This document shows, piece by piece, positions 51,851 through 63,365 of a stretch of 64,000 nucleotides of DNA. The stretch lies in NCBI GenBank assembly GCA_030265395.1, contig JARFYF010000051.1:28802678-28866677 (forward strand), given 5' to 3'. This DNA is from Rhina ancylostomus (Eukaryota). The notes under the pieces were generated by a model. The model saw only the letters and a list, made by a program, of their open reading frames with translations. It ran no database searches and was not told the DNA's origin. Position 1 is the stretch's first letter, and every line of letters starts with the position of its first letter. The position numbers were made by a program, and so were the translations under genes.

Positions 51851-52690
51851 CCCCTAACAATCATTGACGTTCAACTTTCCTGACTCTTTCAAGCACAGAA
51901 TCGGTAAAAGGCGTGCATTTGTAAATTCTCCAGCATATTTCTTATAAACACTGGTACATGCAGCACAGTTGATTGGAGCACCACAACATATCAGAAGTGA
52001 GAGGAAGGTTTGATCTCTACTTTTTCCACACTCTATCTTGAAGCTCAGGTTTCTGACCTCAGCTGTGTTGTTGCGGGGAAGCATTGAGCTGATGCCAGCC
52101 GTGACTTGCAAAGGGGAGAGGAGAGTTACCTGGGCCACTGCTGCAAGTCTGTTAGTTGAATGTTAGATGTTAAAGCAAGGGTGGGAGCTGGCAGAGGATA
52201 CTCACAATTCAGTCGATTGGAAGAAGAGAGAAATCTTCATGTGCAGAGTATATTACAGTAATTGTAACTCAGTTTCAGAAACATTTAACCTGAAGGAATG
52301 GAGAGAGGCTGATTTGTCTCATTAAAAGCATATTGCACAAGTTTGTTTTATATACTTTTGTGTTCTCCAGAATCACATTTTATACCATTTTTCCGTTAAT
52401 GCTGAATTAAATTATCAAAAGCAGTTGTTTAATATTAGTCTCTACCAAATAGCTCTTGTTAGATTATTGGTTTTATGCCAAGATTAAAACTAACTGAGAG
52501 ATCCATTCATTTGAGATAGATTATTTAGGTGTGAGGGCTGTAAACATGCGTTCAGAATGTTTCATCAATTTGAAATACTTAGATTTCACATTGATGAACA
52601 AGGCAGAGGAACTAAACCATTAGGGCTAGGAGAGCTTCAGTACATAAATCATAACATTAATTAATGCATTGCTATTTGCTTCTGGAACAG

Positions 52691-52870
52691 GACCCTGGGA
52701 ACAACACTCCTCCTCAACTTTCCCCATCCCTTAGCCAAAGCACTTACACTGGTGGCTCTCTTGATATCCCCTCTTCCCATTTAATGATGCAAGGGGACGC
52801 AAGAAGGCGAATCAATGACAGCTACTTTGAGGATATGCCTAGGTCAAAACTGGAAAGACAAATGGCTCAG
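52691..52870 (+). CDS. ANKS1B: ANKS1B coding exon, SAM-PTB linker (DPGNNTPPQLSPSLSQSTYTGGSLDIPSSHLMMQGDARRRINDSYFEDMPRSKLERQMAQ)
   Basis: gaacag|GAC acceptor; 180 nt open; CAG|gtaaat donor. The MQGDARRR...PRSKLERQMAQ segment is what I recall as distinguishing ANKS1B from ANKS1A. Confidence 0.95.
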
Positions 52871-53239
52871 GTAAATTGCATTGAATAACATGCAATAGGC
52901 TGTTAACCTTGGGTTCCCTTTGCACTAGTTTGGCTTACTTTCCTCATAATTTTATTTTGTAAGCTTGCTTGCCATACTATACTTCAGTACTAGCTGATAA
53001 TCTATCAGTTCTGTCTCTGTATTAACTTGTAGCTAATTCATTATCAATAATTAAACCTTCATCGTTTGGGTTCTCTGAGATAAATTCTTATTTTAGTGAG
53101 TTGTTGAGATTTTCAGCTTCATGGTTTGTTAGATCTTCCAGTATATATATAATTATGAGAGGTTGTTCCTGTTCAGCATTCTGACCCAAATGAAATGACA
53201 AGTGTGTCTCATCTGTACACCAACCAGCATATTTTGTTA

Positions 53240-53430
53240 TAATTCTGAAATAAAAATAGAAAATGCAGGAAATGCTCAGCAGGTCAGGCACTGTCTGTGG
53301 ACAGAAAAAAATAGAATGAATGTTTCACGTTGAAACATCATTGAACTGAAAGATGACTTCTTTGTTTTCCGTAGATACTGATCATTTCCAGCATTTTCTA
53401 TATTTTTTCCAGATTTTCACCATCTGTGGT
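53240..53430. repeat. inverted pair of PLE terminal-repeat copies
   Basis: aaatagaaaatgcaggaaatgctcagcaggtcaggca versus catttccagcattttctatattttttccagatttt. Confidence 0.7.
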
Positions 53431-53554
53431 GCTTTTGGCTATTCTCTTTATGGCACTTAAGACATTTTCATATTATTAGGTGTTTTCTATATTGTTTTGG
53501 ATATCCAGATGTCTAAAGTGCACACAACTATTCATGAAACTTCTTAAAAAATTT

Positions 53555-53942
53555 TAAATTTTATTTACAGCGTGGTAACAGGCCCTTCCAGCCCAACGAG
53601 TCCACGCCGCCCATTTTAAACCCCAAATNNNNNNNNNNNNNNNNNNNNNNNNNNNNNNNNNNNNNNNNNNNNNNNNNNNNNNNNNNNNNNNNNNNNNNNN
53701 NNNNNNNNNNNNNNNNNNNNNNNNNNNNTTACAGCGTGGTAACAGGCCCTTCCAGCCCAACGAGTCCACGCCGCCCATTTTAAACCCCAAATTAACCTAC
53801 CCGTAGGTCTTTCGAATGTGGGAGGAAACCCACGCAGACACGGGAGAACGTACAAACTCCTAACAGACAGCGACGGGAATCGAACCCCGATCGCTGGTGC
53901 TATAATAGCTTTGCGCTGATCACTACGCTACCGTGCTGCCCC
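53555..53942 (-). mobile_element. young V-SINE (HE1-like) with intact A/B boxes; tail duplicated across a 100-N gap
   Basis: Reverse reads GGGCAGCACGGTAGCGTAGTG...GGTTCGATTCCCG...GGAGTTTGTACGTTCTCCCGTGTCTGCGTGGGTTTCCTCCCACATTC...TGGGCTGGAAGGGCCTGTTACCACGCTGTAAATAAAA; CpGs retained. Confidence 0.92.
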
Positions 53943-53976
53943 CAAAATCAAACCCACAAATGTAAAAATCCTCAGA

Positions 53977-54092
53977 TGTCAGAAGTGGGATTCAAACCCA
54001 CGGCCCCCAGTTGGAGACTCGAACACTCCTGTTTCTCTGGAAGCAATTCCATTCCTTGAGTCTGGCGCCTTAGACCACATGGCCACCCTGAC
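53977..54092 (-). tRNA. tRNA-Leu(CAA), intron-containing, probably a pseudogene
   Basis: Reverse complement reads GTCAGGGTGGCCATGTGGTCTAAGGCGCCAGACTCAAG, a 31-nt intron, then TTCGAGTCTCCAACTGGGGGCCGTGGGTTTGAATCCCACTTCTGACA, followed by TCTGAGGATTTTT. It matches the vertebrate Leu-CAA layout but has lesions in the D arm, anticodon stem and T-loop (TTCGAA>TTTGAA). Confidence 0.9.
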
Positions 54093-56640
54093 AGGTATGT
54101 TTTTTAAAAATATGTGAGCCAAAGGTCTATTTAGCTGACAATTTTAGGACCTACACCACAAACCTAAAATGAAAGAAGTATGGACATTAGTAGTATATTA
54201 AGACCAGTGAACAATGGTGAACTACTTGTGGCTTGTCCAGCTGAGGCCACCTTATTCAAAGGGGCATTGATTTGCACACCTGGCTGAAGTTGGCAGAATT
54301 CCAATTGCAAATGACTGGAATTTTTTTTGCCCCTTCCGGGTTCCCCTATGAACCAGTTGGAAGATAGTTTGGCAATAATAATGACAAATTTTGCAGAACT
54401 ACTTATTTTGGGTATCAGGTCATATCACCGGGTCTTCTACAGAGGTTTCATTTTGTTCCAAACCTCCATTGCCAGGCAAGCGAAGCCATAAACCCTCTGC
54501 TGAGCTTTCATCTCTTGCCTCTCCCTGTTGCTATCCTGCAGATACCCCTTCCCAGTACAGATGTCACGTGTGAGCATGNNNNNNNNNNNNNNNNNNNNNN
54601 NNNNNNNNNNNNNNNNNNNNNNNNNNNNNNNNNNNNNNNNNNNNNNNNNNNNNNNNNNNNNNNNNNNNNNNNNNNNNNNNNNNNNNNNNNNNNNNNNNNN
54701 TTACATGAGCACTAAAGCTGGTGGGGATTCTTCACGGAGCTGGTTCCTGTAACATTTATAATGATTTGAAGCTTGTTGTAGAGAGTCAGGGCTAACATTT
54801 CAAAAATTCCCTGTGAATAAAATATTGGCAGCTCAACAGTCAGCATCGTGAAGATGGTGAAGACCTCTCCAGTACATTAAGTCCTCTGAACAATGATAAA
54901 CTAATTGCTTGTCCAGTTGGACCACCCTAACCATTGCCTCAAATAGGAAGGGGGATTCGTGCAACTCAGCACAAAAATAAACTGAGTGCACCCTCTGACG
55001 TAAGGCAACGAAGAAAAATAAAAGAAGTCAAGGATAAGAAATGTGTACTTGGTGCATCAAAAATGATCATTCCAGTGATCCAGATGACCGTTCATTGTAC
55101 CTAATTTACTTTGGCAATTATCATACTTAGTGGTCTGATCAGGCCAGTGCATTATAAACTCTCAACATGATCTCCTGGAGTTTCATACTCTGTTGCAATT
55201 CTGTTTGCTTTTTATTGTTTCTCCACATTGCCTCGACTTTGAAATTGATAAATATACTGCAAGATTCTGGCCCTTAGTTACCCTTTGTTTAACCTCTAAA
55301 CTTCATGGTGGTACTTTGCCACTTTTCACTTTGCTCAGTATGCAGTCTTTTGTTAATATTAAATATAATTTGTCATTTGATTCTTGAAGAGCATAACTGA
55401 TCCTAATCTAATTAAGAATTGTTGCCTGACTCATCTGGTCTATCTCATTTTGGTATTTTCTTCAAACTTGGTATACTTATCTCTTATTTGCATCCGCATA
55501 TTATGTGGTAAAGAAATATTGGTATTTTAAACAGAGATCCTTGTGGTACTCTGCTGCAGATTTCCTCCCTAATCTGCATATCCCAGGGGCATGCTTGTGT
55601 TGTAACCTGTCCACACTCTATTGAATGATATGGAAGGGTTTTTTTTGTTGAAGATCTAACTGGGGGGAAAAAAAACTTTAGAAGGATTTTCACCAGCTGA
55701 GTTTAAATACTCCTCAAACAATATGAGGATGTTTGACAAGAAACGCCATTATTAGTTCATGTTGTTGATCATAGATACTGCCCAACACACACATTTTGCA
55801 TTATTTTATCTGCTTTTGGTGTGTGGCAAAGGACCTCTAGTCAATTGAGAAAAAAATGCTTAATTTTCTTTGTTTAAAATCTCTCTGTCCCCAGTGATGC
55901 TTTAATAATAATAGCCAATATCCTGCAGCACTCTGGGATACATGATAATCATTCAAACTACTGCTTTTTTTTTCCATAAGCTGTGCTTTTTATGCAAGTA
56001 AGCCTTGTACAGGTTGCTCTTTCTTATGCTTTAGTTGCCCCATTCATACTTTTTGACATGTACTTGTCTTGCATTTTTAATATTTTAAACTTTTCAATTT
56101 TCTGCAATTGATTTATTTCATTGAATAATATTCTGCTTGATATTTCATCCCATTTGAACCTTGCTTTAGTAAAATAGTATTTCCATTCTAATCCACAACA
56201 ATACTGGTTGCTAGAATGTTTTAACCACTCACCACTGTATGAGATAACGTGCAACTTTTTCTTTTATTCTCTTCACTTGAAACCAATTATGTTACTGTTG
56301 TAGAAATTAAATTAGCATTTTTTTCTAGTTCAGCAATGGGTCATTGAAATGTTGCATTGAATAAGGGATATATACAAAGAAAAGTACATCGGTCTATCGG
56401 GCTCTGCTCGATTCCATGATTATTTATAATTATCAATGCAAGCTTTCTGCATGCCTTATCTTGAATTGGATGTACTCTGATCACAGCTGGGCTTGAGTGG
56501 CCTGCATACAAAAGGACTTCAGTGGCAAAATAAATATCACTACTAATTCATTTTTACACACATCAATATTTTTATAAGCATTCTTGGCTAAGCTGCCACA
56601 GGTTCAGATTTCCCCGGCCTAATTTTACTTTCCTATTCAG

Positions 56641-56769
56641 CAGGCGGAATGGAGTGAGCCTTCTATTACTCTTCGGCCTCCAAATGAAGCCACATCATCA
56701 ACGCCTGTGCAGTACTGGCAACATCATCCTGAGAAACTGATTTTTCAGTCCTGTGACTATGAAGCATAT
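56641..56769 (+). CDS. ANKS1B: ANKS1B coding exon leading into the PTB domain ([43 protein letters not shown])
   Basis: cctattcag|CAG|GCG tandem acceptor; 129 nt open; TAT|gtaagt donor. Confidence 0.95.
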
Positions 56770-57306
56770 GTAAGTGCTCATTAGATGGGAGATAAAGCAG
56801 GTTAGCATGCTGCAGTGATTTATGTGCATATGCTTCACATGTTTTGATGGGTTCCATATTAAAGTTCAAACATTAGAAGGTAGTAAATGATACCATCCCA
56901 CAAACACAACAGGTCTGTGCTCCACTCTATTTAATAATGATGTCACATTATTTATTCCTCTGTTATTAGCTCATATATTTTATAATGTTCACCTTTAATG
57001 CTTGCTTTATGCCATTGGTACCAAGTTATGCAAATACCAATTAATGCTTTATCACTTTCCTAAATCCCCACAAGATTTATCAATTTTTAAAATTTATTCC
57101 ACTTTAATTCAATAATAAATCTATTTTATGAAAACCACTCAGCATACGAATATTTTTCTCTGCTGTAAATTTGCCAGATACTTATTACTCAATAAATAAT
57201 TTTGATTGCAGAAACAAATTTTGGACTGTTATAATTGAAAGTGTCTATTGTATATCTAAGAGTTGTTATAACAGATCAGAGCAAAAAATAACTTACTTGT
57301 GTTTAG

Positions 57307-57378
57307 TATTTAGGTTCTATGTTGGTGAAGGAATTGCGAGGAACAGAATCAACACAAGATGCATGTTCTAAGATGCGG
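57307..57378 (+). CDS. ANKS1B: ANKS1B coding exon, PTB domain ([24 protein letters not shown])
   Basis: gtttag|TAT acceptor; 72 nt open; CGG|gtatgt donor; PTB YLGS motif. Confidence 0.95.
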
Positions 57379-58599
57379 GTATGTTGCTTATCTGTGATAT
57401 TTAGTGTGATAATATGCCAGTGCAAAATTGTGTTTGTGGAACTGAATTAATTATGGCGCATTTGCTAAGCAGAAATCCCTTTTGACAACTATTACGATAG
57501 ATAGAAAATTTACTAGGGAAAGAGGCATTGTAATGGCCTTAAAAAGAAAAGATTTTTGCTGTACTTATTGTGCAGTTGCAATTAACCCCATAATGATCAG
57601 TGGTAAAAGATCAATATTCTTATTAATATATATAATGAGGCACAAGTGGCCACAAATCCCTCAACCAAAACTTATTGCTTTGAGCTTCCTGTTCAATGAG
57701 GTCGAGACCAGAAACACATCCAAGTGTGACATCCCACCTGGGCTGCACAGTTCTATTACACAATGCCTCACGCTTTAGTGCACAAGTCAGTTATGCAGAC
57801 AACACAATTATCACGTTGAATTGTTCAGTCATTGCAAAGATGACCATTCAGGGATTATTTTTAATATAATTAAAGAACAGGCAATTGGCTTTTTGAAGTG
57901 TTTGCATCATTTACATGTCAATAACCACCCTTCTCTATACATAAGAAAGATATCCTGGTAGTTTTGGTGCCTGAGCGTACAGACCAGTAGAAAACAAGAT
58001 AATTGGTACCTGATCCAGACTGAAAAGAGGCTTTAGCCTCCCTGTGCCATTTGTCATCGGTATCTTTAAGAGGGAATGGCAAGGGGTAGAAAGGAAGTAG
58101 TATATTTTACTCTCCTAAAATAAATTATGACAATTATTAAAACATGAATCGCCCTACCAGGGAAAAAAAAGTATTGGGTTGGCACAAAACCAATTAGCTG
58201 ACCAAAAGGAGCTGACTGGATGTTTGAACATGAATCAATTTTAAGGATTTAGAGAGAAGGATTAGTGGGGATCAAATGGTTAACTCCATCAGAAAGACAG
58301 CAGAGGCATGATAAGTTGTTAAAGTTGTTTGATTTTAACTAGTCAAGGAGTTGTGCATATCTGTTTTGTGCTTCTAGACTTTTCTTTCTGGATGCTCTTT
58401 TGAGCTGTCAGTGCATGTATGATGTTGCCCGCCGTAGGAGACTTGAAATTGCTGGGCTTTATTTCTTTTGGCAGTAAAGAGCATTGTGGGTCACCCTAAT
58501 GAAGTCTGAAGAAGTTGCATAAAGAGTAAGAATTCATTTGCAAGATTCACTAAACAGAATGGGTGGGTTCCACTGTGTAATATTCTGCTGGGGCTTGGT

Positions 58600-59290
58600 T
58601 TACACTACAGCTTTTCCTACCAATGTGCTGTAAGTTCTCAACATGAAGCACAGCAAGTGTGATCTTTGCAGACAGCTCTTAAAGAGATGTACCACAATAC
58701 AAGCAACACTCTTTCACTTACTGGTGAGTGCTGCTGTGAGTGAATGGATCCTGCAAGAATGAAACAAAGTTATGAGTGCCCCTTTGAAGGTGTGGGGGAG
58801 TAAATAGGCTGGTGGAGAACAGTGCTTATAGTAGCCATGTTTCTTATGTATGAGGGCCACAAAAAAAACCATAGTGCTCCAGGCAGGAAGTTGGCAGGGA
58901 AGCCTCTGCGAGGCATAAGTGCAGTTGTTGAATGCTTGCATTTCAGGCAAATTCCAGTGTCACCCTCCCTGCTCCTGTGGGCAGGTGGCAAAGAAAATAT
59001 AGTTTCCACTCCTTGAGGGTAGAGTTTGGGTGACTTTGTGCAGTAGGGAGCAGCAGACTGTGAGATGTGGTGACAATCTGCGAATGCAACCTCAAATGAT
59101 TCTGAGATGAGAAAGCTGAGAGTGACGATAACTTCCGTGGGCAAAACGCGCGAGGTCACAGATTTCAGTGAGGATGAGTTTGAGTGTTGGCCCCCGTTGT
59201 TCTGTGAGTAAATCAGAGCCATACTTTCTCGGAGGATTGAGGTTGAAGATCTCACTGTGGACAAATTTTATATGTTTCACTGCAGTTGAT
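58600..59290 (-). mobile_element. PIF/Harbinger transposase relic
   Basis: ORF 58770-59264 contains VLPTEVIVTLSFLISESFE...ISQSAA (LPV.VKV..L.F..SGSFQ...ISQSA); further on G.HN..FILAGS resembles PGS.HD.FIL. Confidence 0.65.
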
Positions 59291-59778
59291 GTCACTTGGG
59301 CGAGTTGTACACCAGACAAAAGGACTAGGGAAAATGAAAATCCTGTTAGAAAATAGGGAATCAAATTTCCCAATTGGTATTAAGACTTCCAAAAATGTGT
59401 GCAAAGATATGCTACTACTAGTAAACCCAATTTTTTTTTTGACAGTACAATTATGCTTTTATTTTGGTTGTGCCTTTTTTCTAACCTAAGTGTCTGGATA
59501 CATCTCCCTTGAAAACTTTCTGGTTAGCGATTGTCCCCCTTATTTTGTTGACTGAATAAGTGGCACTGATAATTCTAAAATAGAAATCTGTTACCAGCAA
59601 ACAATAAAACGAAAATCAATTTGTTTAAAGGATCAAAAAGATTGATTCTCAAATGAGATTGATTCTCAAATGTGCATTCGCTGGTGAGATGCAGTAATGT
59701 TTATTCAATTTGTTGTGAATATTTCATGTTTCTAAAGTCATAATTTTTGGAAAATTAAGTTAGTCTTCTGTCCCTCAG

Positions 59779-59862
59779 GCTTCAGAACAAATGAAGAAGA
59801 TTCCCACAATCGTACTTTCGATCTCGTACAAAGGGGTAAAATTCATTGATGCTACAAATAAG
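59779..59862 (+). CDS. ANKS1B: ANKS1B coding exon, PTB domain ([28 protein letters not shown])
   Basis: tccctcag|GCT acceptor (a possible upstream acceptor would start the exon at 59764); 84 nt open; AAG|gtaagt donor. Confidence 0.94.
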
Positions 59863-62800
59863 GTAAGTGAGAAAAGCAGCGAGCCGCTGCATCAGTTACA
59901 ATTAATTTGGTTACACGAGAGACTGCAGGGGCTGGGATCTGGAACAAAAAAATATATTCATGTGGTCAAATAGGATTGAGGCTTGTTAATCAGTAAATAT
60001 GAAGTCAACATCAATTTGTACCATATTTATTTAAAATGTATATAAACATACATCTTCAAAACATGTTAAAAGGTGTGTTAGAGGAAAAATGTATTGTATC
60101 AAAGCAGTTTTTTTTTTACAAGCAAATTTACAACAATGAGAGAAGTGAAGGAGATTGTAAAATGCAACATGCAAGAACGTAAAACACAGAACTATGAAGC
60201 ATTCAGCCTGCCTCTACTTCTTTCCCAGACATCAGTTACCATCTGCTATTTTATGGATGTTGCCTAACTCAGTTAATCTTCTGTGGACAGGTTCTTTAAA
60301 GATAGGTAAAGAAGATAAATTAAGCCTCACTAGAGATTATCAATCTAACCTTCCCTTCTACATTGTTCACCCTTCACCAGTTCCTTTCCTCGGATCAAGC
60401 AACATCCATATCTGCCACTCTGGATTTAAGGGCAAAATTCCTTGTCTTCTTGATTTCTTGAGAATCATTAATATTGTCTGCTTTGACAGTTCTGTGTTTG
60501 CAGTTCATTTGGATTATCCTCTTTCATCAATAGCATTGGTTCCAATTGGCTTTTGAGAAAAATGTTAGGATTTTAATTAGTGGTCCAAAAATCATGCTCA
60601 GCATTTCCAGTGGATTTCCTACAAGTTGCCAGAGAAAAATCACTGTAGTCCGGATGTAACTTCTTTGTTTTTATATTTGAAGTTTAAAAATTCTTTTTGT
60701 TATAACAAAAGTCTGGTGGTTGCTTTCGTCAACAGTAGCACTGTTGACCAGACATTTCTACACTAGTTTCTTCTGCATTTATAACAAGGCCAAAGTTGTC
60801 ATTGCCTGGTAGGTTTAGGCTTTGATGAATTTTGTAATTCCACTAACCTACTTCGAAATTGGATCTCTCTGCATATTTTACAACTGATCCATGTAATCTT
60901 AATACCAACAGGTGATTCCTATTATATAATGGATTCAAAATCTTATGCATTCCTTAAATCCTGTTGAATTTTTCATCTGCTCACTGAGGTCTATGCACAG
61001 AAAGCATTTTGAAGTATAACACAATGTATGTATCCAACCAAGTACTGATGGAAATAACTGTTGTGAAGATTGGCAAGGGATTAATCAGCAGTAATGAGCT
61101 GCTTTTAAATGTCTCTGGTTACCATTTAAAAATGGTTCAAGGACCTCTTTATATCAGCAAACTTTCAAAAGACCCTCAGTTGCAGCCTCCTGATCAGTCA
61201 CCCCAGGCATACCCATCGCTCCTGGCCCACTGCACTTTGCTGATTAACCATGACAGCGAGGCCTGATATTTGGCTAGAATCGGAGCCACAAATAATAAAT
61301 TGAGCACAGACTGTGGACAGATCAAGCAGGATCCAGCCCAGTGTGTTAAGTGAAATAGTTAACTAAATGTTACATTGCACCATGCTACGGTTTTATTGGT
61401 TAAAGGGGGCAAAGTAACTTTGTCTGGTTGTCCTAGGAATGGAAAAAAAAATCTAATTTGTGGCTCCAGAGTGTTTTTTTTATATAAAACAATGTTGTAG
61501 TTCATGTCATGCAGGAGATACCTTATCATGTATTTTTTCATTTTGAATTGGGACTTCAAAAAAAAGTGATTTGTAATTAATTCAACAACAAAATGTGAAA
61601 CATCTTGTGACCATGTATGGTAAATTGAAGAGTGAGCTGTCGATCCCAGGCTAGAAGATCACATTTCAATGAAACTGACAACACTACACTTCCTCAAAGT
61701 GCACAGATTCCAATACGGTATTGTTTCATCTATAGCCAAGTTACACTGACATTGAAAGATTGTTTGAAAATGGCTGGAAGTCATTTAACTCTGTAAGCCT
61801 AAGAAAACCAAATGTTGTCTCAGGACCATAGTAGATACCAGAGAGAATTGACCTGTGGCAGCTGAGTTTCAGCTATAGGTTATCATCTCATAAAATTTGT
61901 TCTCTCTCTATTTTTAACTGAAGCCTGCCAGATGTCTTAGTTTTAATGTGCCTTCGCATTTGAGCTTGAAATATTTGGTCTCCGGTTGAAATATTTGGTT
62001 TAAAGGAGACCGTATTTCACTAGTAGTTAGCTGCTGGGTCTGCAGAGGTCCACTGAAAGCTGCAGTGGGCGTGGCAGCATGTTTTGGACTTCCAATGCTT
62101 GTGCACTGCAGCACAGAAGAAGCTGGAGGCCAGGAACACACCAGATATCTGATGTGCATGCTGCCCCTGAACTTTTCATTGAGACTAGGGGTGTTCTATA
62201 GATGACTGAGCTGAGGAGTAGGACACACTTTGTATCTGGACCTTTGTACAGTGATCTGTAGAGATCACTGGCGCATCGAGTGCAGCCCTGTCGTCTTGGG
62301 TCATTGACCTTCATTTAAAATATTTTGTTAATCTTTTTCCTTTAATTATTGGGAGTTTTATCCTTTTAAACTTTGTTTGAAATTATTAAGTTTAATTTTT
62401 CTTTCAATGCTTACTCACAGTTTGCTCCCTCACAGACAAGCCATTGCATGACGCTGGCAGGGTATTTCCCGCAGAGGTTTAGTTCAGCTGCAGGGTTAAC
62501 CAGGGATGTGGTTCTCTGTATGCTCCAGAGTTTTTATAGAGCAGCTGATTCAATTTATCTGACCCACATTCATTGCTGCCTAAATTCTGACACCATCGGA
62601 AGCCTTTCCTCCAGCTCATCAATTAGTGATTGTATCTCTTATTATGTTACAAATTTAGTATTGACCAGTACTAACAACAAAGAATTCGAAAAGCAGCTTG
62701 CAATACATTACTGGCAGGAAAAATTTTGAGAAAAAGTACCAAAAGTAAATGTGTTACTAAGTATCTCCGTCACTATATGTGTAGTTTTGTGGTGGACAGT

Positions 62801-63227
62801 TAATCCTCGTATGATTGTTTAATGCTTGCTGCTGTCTGTCCTGCTCTTGTTAACTTCTTTAAAAATTTGCTATGTTGATAAGGGAGGAACTGAGTAATTA
62901 TCACCAGCTCACTGAAAACCATGTAATCAGAAAATGTTAAGATAACATTTAGATAACAAGAAGCATTGACAAAAGCTTAAAACGTAAAATACAATAGTGT
63001 AGTGCAGCACCATAATATAAATCAAATGGGCAGTGAGTGACTCCTAACTAAAGTTAGATTTGCAGAACGAATTTAATCATTACAATCTTTGTATCTCTCA
63101 AAACAAAAACAAAGAAGCCATATTATGTGTTTGAAGTTATGAGCTTTGCTAATAATGTGCAACAAAGTTCATATATTTTTGTGTTCAGACCTGCAGATAA
63201 CTTCAACTTTTTTTTTTAACTCTGCAG

Positions 63228-63365
63228 AATATCATCACAGAGCATGAAATTAGGAATATTTCTTGTGCTGCTCAGGACCCTGAAGATCTTTCCACCTTTG
63301 CCTACATCACTAAAGACTTAAAGTCGACTCACCACTATTGTCATGTATTCAGTGCTTTTGATGTG
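63228..63365 (+). CDS. ANKS1B: ANKS1B coding exon, PTB domain ([46 protein letters not shown])
   Basis: T-run then ctctgcag|AAT acceptor; 138 nt open; GTG|gtcagt donor; [16 protein letters not shown] motif. The gene continues past the window end. Confidence 0.96.

Noticed and set aside
53555-53790. Apparent tandem duplication of the SINE tail on both sides of the gap at 53629-53728
   Set aside because: Identical overlap flanking an exactly 100-N gap, a typical unmerged contig overlap; the same pattern occurs at 17819-17918.
59639-59672. 17-bp tandem duplication (agattgattctcaaatg x2) upstream of the 59779 exon
   Set aside because: An ordinary slippage duplication, about 100 nt from the acceptor.
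21280-63365. Assignment to the paralog ANKS1A (Odin)
   Set aside because: The MQGDARRR...SKLERQMAQ exon, [30 protein letters not shown] and DLKS..HYCHVF.AFDV fit ANKS1B as I recall it.
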